64,000 bases of DNA from the human T2T-CHM13v2.0 reference genome, Homo sapiens. The notes beneath the pieces are model-generated. The model saw only the letters and a program-made list of their open reading frames with translations, did no database searches and was not told the DNA's origin. The stretch lies in assembly GCF_009914755.1 (NCBI RefSeq), contig NC_060932.1; one strand, written 5' to 3'. A program made the translations under genes and the position numbers. Shown here in pieces: positions 1-14,767 of this stretch; the first letter of the stretch is position 1, and the number at the start of each line of letters is the position of its first letter.

Positions 1-1164
<1,164 letters not shown>

Positions 1165-1184
1165 ACTAATACATATATATTTTA

Positions 1185-1375
1185 ATAACCACTATGTGCC
1201 AGGAACTGTGCTTCATATATATTATTGTGTAATTCTCAAAGTAATTCCCATGACATAACTATAGTACATCTGTTTTAAAGATAGAGAAACTGAGGCTCAA
1301 AAAGACTAAGTATTTTGTAAATATTCAAAGACTGGAAATAATATTTGATTTCAAGATTTTCTTATTCCAAAATGT
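1185..1375 (-). mobile_element. MIR fragment
   Basis: actatgtgccagg...gagaaactgaggctca MIR core in reverse orientation. Confidence 0.65.
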
Positions 1376-1393
1376 GTTCTGATCTGCTGCTCT

Positions 1394-1652
<259 letters not shown>

Positions 1653-1975
1653 CTATCTTCAGATAAAATAAAGGTAATCTCCACATTAACATTACTAGCA
1701 GTGGTTCCTGCTCTCTTCTTTCTTTTTTTTCTTTGCATCCAGATTCAATTCCTAAATTACTCCCAGTATGACAGTGATTTCTACTGTGTTTCTCCTTCAC
1801 TCTCTGCAGATCATTGAAGAGGTAGCTGCAAATGCCTTTCACTTGCATGGCTTTTCCAAAATGTATTCAGATTGGCTGAATTTCTGAATCAAATACAATT
1901 TATTTTCTCTCTTATCCTAGCAGAAGATTTAAACAAAGAGATATGTAAAATATATTAAAAAATTTTTAAGTTTCC

Positions 1976-2133
1976 TTTTTTTTTTTTGAGGCAGGGTCTT
2001 GCTCTGTCTCCCAGGCTGGACTGCAGTGATGTGAACATAGCTCACTGCAGCCTCAACCTCCTGGGCTCAAGTGATCCTCCTGCCTTGGCCTCCCAAAGTG
2101 CTGGGACTACAGGTGTGAATCACTGTGCCCAGC
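1976..2133 (-). mobile_element. Alu monomer (AluJ left/right hybrid or FRAM-like)
   Basis: A single ~150-nt monomer with T tail. Its 5' part is left-arm-like and its 3' part right-arm-like. Confidence 0.85.
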
Positions 2134-2139
2134 TTATTT

Positions 2140-2265
2140 ATTCTTTCTTTTTTTTTGTACCCATTAACTATCCTACCTCTCTTTGTCCCAACTGCCCTTT
2201 TCAGCCTCTTGTAACCATCCTTCTATTCCCTATTCTCATGAGTTCAATCATTTTGATGTTTAGAT
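2140..2265 (-). mobile_element. L1MA-type 3' UTR fragment
   Basis: ttttgtacccattaac...cagcctcttgtaaccatccttcta...catgagttcaat is typical of L1MA 3' ends. Confidence 0.7.
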
Positions 2266-3119
2266 CAATATGGGACTTATATTTTTAAGCATTTTGATTT
2301 AATTTTCATCCGTTGGCCAAGCTTGGTGTTCTGCATTTGCAAATTTTGTTAGGGTACAGGGTAGTCATGGCTGCAATCTGGAGAAAATAATATTCAAGAT
2401 AGTGTTCCAGGACTTATTATTATCATTTCTTACTGGTCCATTGGCTGAGTTGGAATACCAGCTAATTTATTAGATATACCCTATGCTTCCATTGTGCAAA
2501 CCTCAGCCTATACTTGGCTACATTCTCTTGTAAACATTTTCAAGCTTTTTAAAAAAATTCCAAGGTTAAATTTGAGTTGTAGAAAAGAAATATGAATAAT
2601 GGCCATCATAATTATTCCATTATAAAAACACATACACACACTCAATAAAATGTGTTGTTTTAAAATTATTACCCTAAGGCAAGTGGTGAATAGATCCAAT
2701 AAAAATAAAAGAAATAGAATGAATAAGAAGATAATAAGACGAATGGAAGACTACATTCTTTCTACTGACTGGTCATCGGTTTTTCTAAATCTTGGTCCTT
2801 TATCTCCAATGGGTCTTTGAGGACAAGCACATCTTATGTACTTTGTAAATATTTGCTGTTTATGCACATTTTGAGTATCATTGTTTAGCTTTGCTTTTCA
2901 GATGCATGAAACAAGTACATTTGAGGCAGCAAATGAGTAATTTGTAAATCTAGACACAATGAGAAGGCAATTAAGAATGCTGCTTGATGAAAAAGAATAA
3001 GAGAATAATGTTGTAGGTAAGGGACAAACTAATTTCACTAATAGTGGCTTTATATACAGTCCAGTATGTGAAAATACTTAAGTAATTAACATTAACATTC
3101 ACACTGTCATCCTAGGTAG

Positions 3120-3760
3120 TGATAAGATACTGGCGACCACACACAAAAATGGAATAGATATCTGTGTCTGTAAAACTAAAAACTCTTCAAGGGAGAAAAA
3201 GCTCTAGTGAAAAATGGAATTCACCAGGAAGTCACTCAAGAGAATGCAAGTATTAAAAGCACTTTATTATAAGATAAGGATGTCCCATTCTTAAAATAAT
3301 CTCCTAGGGAAGGCTTCAAGGATAGCATTATACTAAGTAGAGAAGTTGTCTGACAAATAGGTAAGTATAAAAATCAGAGAACCTACAGAAAACAAATCAT
3401 TCTTTGAGTTGCATGAACTTTAGGAAAGAGTCTTTATCAGCCATGATCAAATAAATTGGACAGGTCATATAACAAGTTAGAAGTTGCCAAAATTTTTTTA
3501 TAGAAGAAACAGATGTCATCTTCTTTTGTAAACTACATCCTGAACATATCCCATCCTGACTGCTTCGTGGCGTATATAAACTCCCACTCCACCCCCTTTT
3601 CCCCGTCTCAAGCAAGCTGACCTACCAAGCTGTGTATTTTTAATCACTTTCTATAGCAATCAAGAATTTGCCATCAGAGAAACTGCTTCACTGCGTCTTA
3701 TCTTTCCATGCCTGTTCTTGCTAAACAGATTTAAGATAAGAGCAACTGGCAGTAAGTGCC
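3120..3760 (+). promoter_or_regulatory. Candidate TATA promoter/enhancer with GATA, ETS and RUNX motifs, followed by a splice donor
   Basis: TATATAAA 3573-3580; WGATAA at 3120, 3272, 3434(-), 3698(-) and 3734; CAGGAAGT 3225-3232; ACCACA 3136-3141; GTAAGT at 3752. Motif evidence only. Confidence 0.25.
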
Positions 3761-5634
3761 CTTCCTGAAAACAGAGGTCACAGATGTTTCTACTGAAGCC
3801 CAGTAAATGGTTTTGGGAGACATTTGAAATCTTAGTCATATTCAAATCCCAAATACAATTTCTCTTTTTTTTCCCAGAAATTTCAAAGGTTTTAGAAATA
3901 TTTTCTACTGGAAAGGTATCTCTCATTCTTACTCAAAATTTAGACACTAATGAGTAGATGGCAAGTCTTGTTTATAAGCATTAATCATGAAGATGAACAT
4001 TTATAACTGAAAAAAGATGTTCGAATTTTGGGGTTTGTAAAAGAACTAGGAATGGAGAACATTTAGAGTTCACTATGTGGTGATATTCACAAAAGCAAAT
4101 GATGATATAACTATGTCACTTGGAAGGAGCTTCAGGCAGGTTCTTTCTCTTCTACATGTAACATGTAAGCCTGTTTTGGGGTCATTGCTGAGGAAAACTA
4201 CTTCTTAAGACAATTTTACGACTGCATTGTTTCAATAGTACACCAAACTATGTTGGAAAGTTATGACCTAGAATCTGAAAAAGAAAAAAGTGATGAAGGA
4301 ATAATGAAAGGCTGCATGACAGAAGTATTTAGTCTTCATTCCTGTGTTTGAAGCAGAAAAAAAGGTATTGAGGGCTAACCAGACTCTGCCTTTTGCTAAA
4401 TTGAAGAGTATCACATCAAAGGCCAAAGATCCATTTTAACAGGTGCCTTAAAAAGTTGTACTAAATGATCTCTGTGCCCCTTTGGATCATGAATTGTCTA
4501 CATAACTGCACAACGAATGAACGTAAGAAAAATGAATTGGCTGGTGAAGCCTGTCTGGTAAACAATCCATGATCCTGAGGGAATTGTAGTTTTGCAAAAT
4601 ATTCAGCAACTACTTTAGTTTAAATATTTTATATGACTCATTGAAGCTCCAGGAAGATACTACTTTCTTCTCAATATCAGTTCCTGGTTATTGTCATCAT
4701 TCCTTTATCAGAGTTTGTTTCCTTGTCAAATGAACTCTTAATACATGTATCTATCACTGACAATTTTGTAGAAAGGTCATTATCTGTTCTGTTTCCCACT
4801 CCATGAAACGGAACTTATTCCATTCAACTTCGTGTAAAGTCTTTTCAAATGACACAACTGTAATTAGGAAAGATGTCAATAACTATTTACAGATATTTAT
4901 GTTGTATTCAGAACTGTACTAGTTAGAGTGTGTGGTTTAAAAATTTAAAAAAAAAGTGGGTGAGATGGTGAGACTTAACTACCCTATTACACCACTACTA
5001 GGATGGTAAGAATTTAGTAAGTAAACCAGAAAGTTATTAGAAAAACAAGTAGGAGCAAAATAAGCTCTGTGGCATTGAACTAAGAATAAAATGTGAAGAG
5101 AAGGGGTGAGCTCTATTATCTACTTAGGGATGCCTTCAGTAGAAAATGGGACTTAAAAATGGGCAAAACTTAGGAGGGTCTTTCCAGGAATGAGAATGAA
5201 CAGATCCTGGGATAAGTTAATAAGGTTGGATTTATTAATCACCTGAGATTCTCTTTTTTGATTATTGGGTCATCTTGTACACATCAACTCTGATTACAAA
5301 GTAATTAGTAATCAATAATTATTTCTGCATGTGCCACTGGATAACCATTCAATACGTAAAAATATTTAGGTGAAAACTTTGCTTGCCAAAGTTTCAAAAG
5401 TTAAATACTTACCAGGCTATTATCACTATAGAAAACAAAGGATGAGACGTTACTATGAAAAGGATGGGTACAAAAGTCATTTGAAGAAGAAACGTACTAA
5501 TAAAAATATATTTCTTAAGTACTTTAGTCTGCAAGTGGCATAATTATTTGTGTGCAATATCCAGAAATACATGCTTCTTGGTGGGTTTTAACAGACATAT
5601 TTTTACAATTAAAAAGTATATGCCTAATTTATGT

Positions 5635-6470
<836 letters not shown>

Positions 6471-6539
6471 TAATATGTCAATCTGGTTTTCATATCTAAA
6501 TTTATACTGGCTCCAGATATTCACTTAAGATTTTATCTT

Positions 6540-6832
6540 GGCCAGGCATGGTGGATCACGCGTGTAATCCCAGCCCTTCGGGAGGCCGAGGTGGGCAGAT
6601 CACTTGAGGTCAGGAGTTCAAGACCAGCCTGACCAACATAGGGAAACCCCGTTTCTACTAAAAATACAAAAATTAGCCAGGCGTGGTGATGTGCGCCTGT
6701 AATCCCAGCTACTTGGGAGGCTGAGGGAGGAGGATCATTTGAACCCTGCAGAGGATGTGGTGAGTTGAGATCACACCACTGCACTCCAGCCTGGGTGACA
6801 AGAATGAAACTCTGTCTCAAAACAAAAAAAAA
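6540..6832 (+). mobile_element. AluS (Sq/Sp-like), full length
   Basis: Dimeric Alu with A-rich tail; cctgaccaaca and gacaagaatgaaact. Confidence 0.93.
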
Positions 6833-7210
6833 TTTCTCTCTAATATACAAATAATATCACTTTCAAAAATGTATCTGCTCTTCTAAAAACTCAGTTTCCA
6901 AATAGTGGGCTAGTCATTTTGCCAAATTTTAGAAAACAGTTTTAAAAAATCACACGTAGCTCCAAATGTGGTGCACTTTCCTTGGTTTTGTTCAGTGCTC
7001 AATACATTGATGTTGCTAAAGGCCATATCAGTGCCCTCCGACCATGGAAGTTTGGCCATAACTAGTTCAAGCCCTGAAGAACTGACCCTGGGAGTCAATC
7101 CATATGCTGCTTTGTCCCACCAAGAAGAATCTCTCTTCTAAGATTTTGAACTAAGAGATTGAGAGTTAGAGAGTAGCTATCGCTGAAGCTGTCAAGATCA
7201 TCTAGACTTG

Positions 7211-7906
7211 TACCATCTCATGCCAGTCAGATGACTGTTATTAAAAAGTCAAAAAATAACAGATGCTGGTGAGGCTACAGATAAAAGAGCATACAAATTC
7301 ACTGCTGCTTGGAATGTAAATTACCTCAGCTACTGTGGAAAGCAGTTAGTCAGTTTCTCAAAGAACATTTGACCTGGCAATCCTATTATTAGGTATATAC
7401 CCAAAGGAGTATAAATCATTCTACCATAAAGACACACGCATGCATATGTTCATCGCAGCAGTGTTCACAATAGCAAAGACATGGAATCAACCTAAATGCT
7501 CACCAACAGTAGACTGGATAAAGGAAATGCGGTACATATACATCATCAAATACTATGCAGTCATTAAAAAGAACAAGATCATGCCCAGTGCAGGAACATG
7601 TAAGGAACTGGAGGCCATTATTCTAAGCAAACTAACACTGAAACAGAAAACCAAATGCTGAATGTTCCCACTTATAAGTTGGAGGTAAACACTGAGTACA
7701 CCTGGATACAAGGGAACAGTAGACACTGAGGCCTACTGGAGGGTGGGAGGAAGGTGAGGATCAAAAAACTACCTATCAAATACTATGCTTATCAACTGGG
7801 TGATGAAATAATCTGTACACCAAACCCCCATAACATGGAATTTACCTATATAACAAACCTGCACATGTATCCCTGAACCCAAAATAAAGTTTTTTTAAAA
7901 AAAAAT
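7211..7906 (+). mobile_element. 5'-truncated L1PA15/16-like (end of ORF2 and 3' UTR)
   Basis: ORF 7440-7661 is the L1 ORF2 C-terminus ([17 protein letters not shown]). 3' UTR and A tail present. Perfect 17-bp TSD aagatcatctagacttg at 7194-7210 and 7907-7923. Confidence 0.92.
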
Positions 7907-8859
7907 AAGATCATCTAGACTTGGGTAGGTGGCCATTGTGGACATCATACAAGCAGAAGAAGCTGATCTATGGAGAAGACCCATAGGACAGTAGTATTGA
8001 GAAAGCATAGAGTCCCAGAGAGAGACAATCCAGTTTCCACAGCCTTGACTAATATTATTGCTTTATAATTCTGTAAAATTTCCTCTGAAGCCTTCCAGTA
8101 AGCTCCTTTTCCACAAACAAGCCTGTTTGACTAGCTTCTTAATATTAAAACCAAATAATTTCTCAGGTGGCAATAAGGGGGAAGTGGAGTGCATTGGTCA
8201 CACAAAAGACAACAACATGAAAATCTTAATTGTTTTCAGTGTCAAACACTTGAGTTTCTGGAGACAAAACTCCCTCTTCTAAGAAAATCAAACTATTATA
8301 CATGATAATTGTCACTTTGTTAGTTAAGACACATTTATACAACATTTTAAGATTTGGAGGGTAGATACTTTATTAATAGGTGGTATGGTTCTGTTCTTAA
8401 GTTATGTTTCTGATTTTTAGATAGATCATTCCCTGTTTCTGTTTGTGGGAAAAATGGCTGTCTCAGTAGGCTGCATTATAAACTCAGTTGGAAAAAACTG
8501 GTTTATTTGTTGAATGAGAACTTCATTTATTTTGTGTAAATGAGCACCACTTTTTATTATTCACAGGTTATTGACAAGCATAATATTAAGTTAAGATGCT
8601 TGACATTAAAGGATTAACATGTACAAATTTGAAAAACAACAGCCGCCTAGTAGACACTCAGAATTTCTGTTCATTGATCAACTAAGCATAATATCTCTGC
8701 TCTTTAGCAAGTGGTTTAAAAAATTGATGGTTATTAGTAGTATAAATCTTGGAAAATTTGCAGAGAAAATATAATTTGTCTATTCTAAGTATGTTAAATG
8801 GTTTAAATGATATGTTAAATAGTTTAAATGATGAATAGCGTGAACAATATTAGCTATAC

Positions 8860-9326
8860 TGTATTAGCCATTAGCCTTGTAACAAATTACTCCCAAACTT
8901 ACCAGCTTAAAATAACAAGCATTTATTAACTCAGTTTCTATGGGTCAGGAATCCAACAACAGCTTCATGGAATGACCCCAACTCAAGGTCTCCCATGTGA
9001 CTGTCATCTAGCTGTTGGCCAAAGCTGCCATTTTAAAGACATGAATGAAACAGGATTATCCACTTCCAAGCTCACTGTGTGGCTGTTGTCAGGAAGCTTT
9101 AGCTCCTTACCACGTGGGATTCTCCATGTGGCTATTTACGACATGGCTTCCCTCAGAGCATATGACACAAATGATCAGAGAAAGATCTAGGTGCATGGCC
9201 TCATCTCAGAAATGAAAATCCTTCAGTTTTATTGTATCAACACAGGTACGATGTAGGAGGGACAATACAGTGTGTGGAAGCTGGAGATGGAGATCCTTGG
9301 GAGCTGAGTTGGAGGCTGCTACCATA
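8860..9326 (-). mobile_element. MLT1F-like MaLR LTR
   Basis: gtaacaaattactcccaaactt...gggtcaggaatcc...ttggaggctgctaccata is the reverse complement of an MLT1F-type LTR. Confidence 0.75.
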
Positions 9327-10329
9327 GCTATATCTCTTGCTAGAGTTCCCGATTTTGCAGCCTGCCATCACCTCACCTAAGACTGAACAGAATCACTGCC
9401 TAGATTTACAATATCCCAGTATATTCTTTTTCATGTGCACTCTCACTTTACATCTCAATTTTCATTCCGAGCAGTACTTTTAAGAAAGAATTATCTTCCC
9501 CTTTAATGTGAGGAAAAACTCCCCTGTGTATAAAAACAAAATAATCATTCACCATCTCTTTCTAGTGTGTGACATGCAGTGAGATTTAACTTCATTGCTT
9601 TGTTAGAATATTCTGTTCTCTGTGGAGGGCTGTGTTTTTAAAAAATCACTCTTCAGTTTCTGCTGCAAAAATAAAATAAAATTCTCTGTGAAGTTTGTCA
9701 AGTGAAATGGACACAAACATGGCTCAAAGTCTAGAGGAAATAAAATGAAGCCACAATCTCAGTCTATGAAAAAGAGATAAGTTAGGATAAAACTACAGCA
9801 AAAAATGTACAGGAAAAGAATGCTGCTCTTTAGGAGAGAAATCAGAAAAGTCAGAAGATAAAATACAGAGCAAAAAGTTTACTGATCCCAACAGAGAAAC
9901 AAGAAACCTCAGAGCACTTATATGCAAAGTATTTGCGGTGTTTTGGGGCCCACTGACTGTAAGGGAAACCAGGTATACACAGCTTTAGGGCACAATGGAG
10001 AGAAAGCTCTTGATATACTCTCCTGAGTCTCATAAACAGCAACATCCTCCAACGTAAATGACAGTGAAAGAATATGATGAACTCCTGATGGGAGATGCCA
10101 CAGGAGGATCCAGCCTTATTTTTCCTCAGCTCTTTCCTCAAGGAAAAGACTGGGAATTGATAATACTAAATTGACAAGTCCAAATAAGCCTTCAGGCAAA
10201 GCAGATGATCCTTTTTTTTTTTTTTTTTAAGTATCCAAACCAGTCTCAGATTTCTTCAGCCAGAAAGCATGTTTTTGCAGGCTTTTTACAAATCCTAAGC
10301 AAAGTTATGTAGTTCTCGAGAGTTATAGA

Positions 10330-10475
10330 AAACCAGGTTTGCATCTTGGCTCTGATACCCCTCCCTGTGATACTTTAGAAGGCTTACCTGGCCTCTAAAA
10401 ACCTCCATCTTCTCATATGTAAAACACAAAAAACCCTGACACATAGTATGTGCTTTGTAAACTGTAGCTCTTGTT
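10330..10475 (+). mobile_element. MIR fragment
   Basis: ccaggtttgcatcttggctctg...ttctcatatgtaaaa, a degenerate MIR core. Confidence 0.55.
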
Positions 10476-10679
10476 AATAGTGAATAGGTTTTGTTTGTTT
10501 GTTTTTCCCAAAAGAATTTGATGCTTGTGTTTTGAGGAGTTAAAATTCTCAATGTAATAGAAGACTCTATAATAAACTTACGTCTTCTTAGGGTGATACG
10601 AAAATTATTAAACTCAATCCCCCTTTAGTTGCAAACAATCAATACTCAATAATTTTTTTGAATTGATGAACCTCTGATT

Positions 10680-10832
10680 GTGTGCAACTATCTTAATTAT
10701 GTCTATATTCTTGGTCTTGTGATGAAAAGTATCCAGAAAATGTCTACTATTCATCACTGTATGCCTTCTTCTTTTTAGCACAGAGCTTTGTACATACGAA
10801 GTTCTCAACTAATGTCTGTTAATTTAAATTGA
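10680..10832 (+). mobile_element. L2 3' end fragment
   Basis: ttcatcactgtat...tagcacagag...ctcaactaatgtctgtt resembles the L2 3' terminus. Confidence 0.5.
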
Positions 10833-12107
10833 AGAAGCTTTAGGGAGTTACTACAATTTAGGTCTGGAACTCACATCCCATTTTCCTTCTTTTGTCCCAC
10901 CCCTACCCATTTCAGCCATGCATATGTGTATTTGGAGCCCTGGATCTTCAAAAAGGCAGCAAGGAGCTAATTAAGCCATTAATGAATTAACTTTATTTTT
11001 TGAAGTTTATAACTTATTTAGACTTAGTGATCTTTCTTTGCTCATTAACACCTCTCCCTGTAGGCAGAGAGAAAAAAGATTAAAATGTGACTCTGTGAAT
11101 TCTTAGGCCCATATAAATTCCTAAGTACAGGGGAAAAGCATCGATTTGTAAGTCAACATGACATTAGTCAGAAGTGTTGGTTTTTCTTTATCTGCAGGAT
11201 CTGTTTCCAAACATATTTGATACCCAGGACTTGAAACTACATCAATTATTTGAGGAATCTTGTTAGGGCTCCATTTGTATGGAGAGGTAACACTCACTGG
11301 TGGCAGTGGTTTGTGGGTAGAAGGGGCCTTCGGGTATGTGCGGCAACCTTGTCACCAGAAGCTGACACCAACAATACACACTCACATTTAAAAAATGCCA
11401 AAATTGTATCCATCACCTCCAAAATTTTCCTTATGTGAAAGGTTTTGGCAAATCCTTGCCAGATTTTAAATGATTCATTCTACATTTGTATTTCACAGTT
11501 ATAAAGCAGAACTTTGCACAACAAGTTAACTTGCCAAAATATTATGTAAATATTGCCAAAATATTATATCATCAAAATATTGTATCGTATCTGTGTATTA
11601 CTTTTTGTATTATATATTTGTATTACATAATTTGTGTATTTATTTGCTGCTTATTTAATTTATAAACATAACAGAAATATAAGGGAAAAAAAGCCAGATA
11701 AATTTTCCAGAATAGATGAGAAATGGAGAAATCTGAGTCCTTCCTTCAAGTTCATTGATTATGAGTTGAGTAACCATGATATGCTAGTATCTTTTCAAAT
11801 ATATAATTTTTTGATTATATAAAGATAAGGTTGATCTTCATCTCAGACAATTTTCCAGCCTAGTAGAAACAATAAACACAGTTGGATTGTAACCCAAACT
11901 TCAACTGTAGGTCATCTCACCTAAGTTAGTGGATATTTGGTATAATGTTTAGTAAAAAGCTACACTTTGTGGCCCTTCATCATAGCAAATATTGGCTTTA
12001 TTGGCCTTTAATATCCCAAATAAGAATTATCAAGAAAATAGGCTCCATTTTCATTATTAAGTATTTCAGAGAAATAAAACAATAATACTGCCTTACCATT
12101 GTAGGTC

Positions 12108-12290
12108 ATTTTATAGTTTCCAAGGGTTTTCAACTATATCTTTTTTTAAAAATTTGAACTTTATAACATCCCTTTACAGAGAAGACATTTTACAGAGGAA
12201 GACACTGAGCATCAGGGACATTCAGTGACTGCTGGCTGGTAGGCAGCAGAGGTCTTGACCAGACCCCTGGCTTAATCTTCAGAGTTCTTC
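12108..12290 (-). mobile_element. MIR fragment
   Basis: cattttacagaggaagacactgag...agtgacttgc MIR core. Confidence 0.6.
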
Positions 12291-12809
12291 CATGCTGATG
12301 CATGGAAGACTTGCCCAAGGAAGTTGTCTCCATATGAAACAGCCTTGAAAATAAGATGACTTTCAGTCTAGTTTGATCAACATTTATGTAAACATGTAAT
12401 TAAAAATTGTTTGCTTCAACTCAACAGTATGTCTCTGAATGGGAACTGGTTCTTTCTCAGGAATATTCTTGGCTGAATGTGTCTGTGCTGTGTCATATGC
12501 CTCCTCTTTACATATGACTGTGGGAGGGTGTGGCTGTTTCTATAAACACTGAAAACAGACCTGTGGCTAACAAAGGATTGTGGGTGGCAGTTGCTTTTAG
12601 AAACCTTGGTGAAACTTTTCAAAAGAATGTTTCCTATCAAGCGGTGCGTTGTACATGTGGGAGAATCCCTGACAGCACGTTGCTCTTCCTGGAGCTCCGT
12701 GAGCATTTATTCCCAGTAATGTCCTTTGGTGCTTCTTTCCTTCATCCCTTAACGAACCTAATCCACTCTAGCCACTCTTCGTGATGTGAGGTCAAGAGGG
12801 TGAACATGG

Positions 12810-13785
12810 CAGATGTGGCATTTATGCGATTACATTCTGGTGGAAGAAAATGGGCCATTAAAATGCAAACCAAAAATCAATGATCTGATTAATTGCAGAT
12901 TGTGATAACTGTAAGAAAGAAACAGAGTGCCCTGATAAAAATTAAGTACGCTGACTTATTTCCATAGGGTTTCTGAGAAGATCTTCACTCTGGGGAAACA
13001 ATATTTAAGCTGCGAGCTAAAGGATGACGATGACACATAGGAAAGAATGTTCCAGGCTACAAGACCAATCAGAACAGAAGCCATGAGGCGGGAAGAAGCT
13101 ACATGTCTCTAACTTCTAGTCAGTATGACCAGAGTGTAGATTGAGACAGACATGCAGCATAGAATGGAATGAGATGAAAATGGAGACAGAGGCGGGATCT
13201 AGAATATGCTATATCTTGAGTCTTCTAAAATGTGTCCAGCGTCTGTTCTCAGTGCAACAATAAACTATCAAAGAGTTTTAAGCAGGGCTATGAGTTTATC
13301 TGACATCTGTTTTAAGAGGTCATTCTATTTTATATGAGTGGAAGAGACATGAAAAAGACCAGTTAGAAGGCTACCAGAACAGTCCAGCAGAGAGATGATG
13401 TTGGGAGCAAATAAAGAATTCCACTGTGGAAATGTCACATTTGAGATGCCCAAGAGACATCTCAGTAGAAGATTTCAAGCATCCATTGTATATAAAAGGC
13501 TAGAGCTCAAAGGAGAAGTCTGGGTCAGAGATAGATATTTCAGAGTTTTGAACATATATGTGATACGTAAACAGGAATACAGATTAAGAATAGGGGATAG
13601 GATCAAACCTTGAGAAATTCGAATTTTTAAGATAAGATATGGAATAAAAAGATAAAACTGTGAAGGAAAGTCAGCAATGTGAAGGGAAGAGCAAGAGTGT
13701 GGAGTTGTCAAAGAGAAGAGGATCTCTTGAGAAGAAAGGAGTGTTTGATTTGAATGCTGCTGAGAAGTCAATACAAAGAAGGCAG
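12810..13785 (-). mobile_element. L2 (LINE2) 3' region
   Basis: Purine-rich L2 reverse signature (atttaagctgcgagctaaagga, ggaaagaatgttccagg, tttgagatgccca, gaatgctgctgagaagtcaa). Confidence 0.75.
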
Positions 13786-14029
13786 GTTTTACAACAGGAC
13801 CAGCCTCATAATTAGTGCATCTTTCAAGGAGTGTGAAGTACTTTCTTCACTGATTTCTGACATTCCGATTTGTCTTACTTTACTTCATTGCACCAGGAGG
13901 AATTTGAAGATCCATCCAAGTTGTCAGCCATGAAAACAAAAGTGCAGCACGTGAGCCCCAGCTGTGCTCCTACCTCCTTGGTTTGGTTTCCATGAGTAGT
14001 TAAGCTTAGAAAAATTGTGAAGAAACTTG

Positions 14030-14596
14030 TTGTGTGGGAGCGATTTTTCAAAGACCTACAAACAGAAGTACCACTTGACCCAGCAATCCTAAACTTGTAT
14101 ATATACCCAAAAGAATATGAATCATTCTATCATAAAGACAAATGCATGTGTATGTTTATTGCAGCACTATTCAGAACAGCAAAGATGTGGAATCAATCTA
14201 AATGCTCACCAACCGTAGACTGGATAAAGAAAATGTGGTACATATACACTACTGAATACTGTGCAGCTGTAAAAAAGAACAGGATCATCTCCTTGGCAGG
14301 AACATGGATGGAGCTGGAGGCCATTGACCTTACCAAACTATTGCAGGAACAGAAAACTAAATACCTCATGTTCTCACTTATAAGTGGGAGCGAAATGATG
14401 AGACCACATGGGCACATAGAGGGGAGCAACAGACTCTGGGTCTTACCAGATGGAGGAGGGAGAGAATCAAGCAAAATAACTAATGGGTACTAGGCTTAAT
14501 ACATTGGGTGACAAAATAATCTGTACAATGAAACCCCATGACATGAGTTTACCTAAACAACAAACCTGCACATGTACCTCTGAACTTAAAAAAGAA
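14030..14596 (+). mobile_element. 5'-truncated L1PA13/14-like 3' end
   Basis: ORF 14017-14493 encodes the L1 ORF2 C-terminus. 3' UTR aaaataactaatgggtactaggcttaatac; possible TSD aagaaactt at 14020 and 14592. Confidence 0.9.
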
Positions 14597-14767
14597 ACTT
14601 TTTCTGTATCTTAGGATCATGAGAAAGAATCACGTTCAAAGAGTAACAAAATTGATATTATATTTAGACAGGGAATGGGATTGCAAGTGAAGAATCTGTG
14701 GAATCTCTTGATTTGTGAAGATTTCTTTTAGAGTTCAGTAATGGATCTGTGACATCCAATTTTTCTA

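Noticed and set aside
3950-4620. Possible processed pseudogene or ancient LINE fragment
   Set aside because: No sustained reading frame, recognisable motif, poly-A or TSD that I could support.
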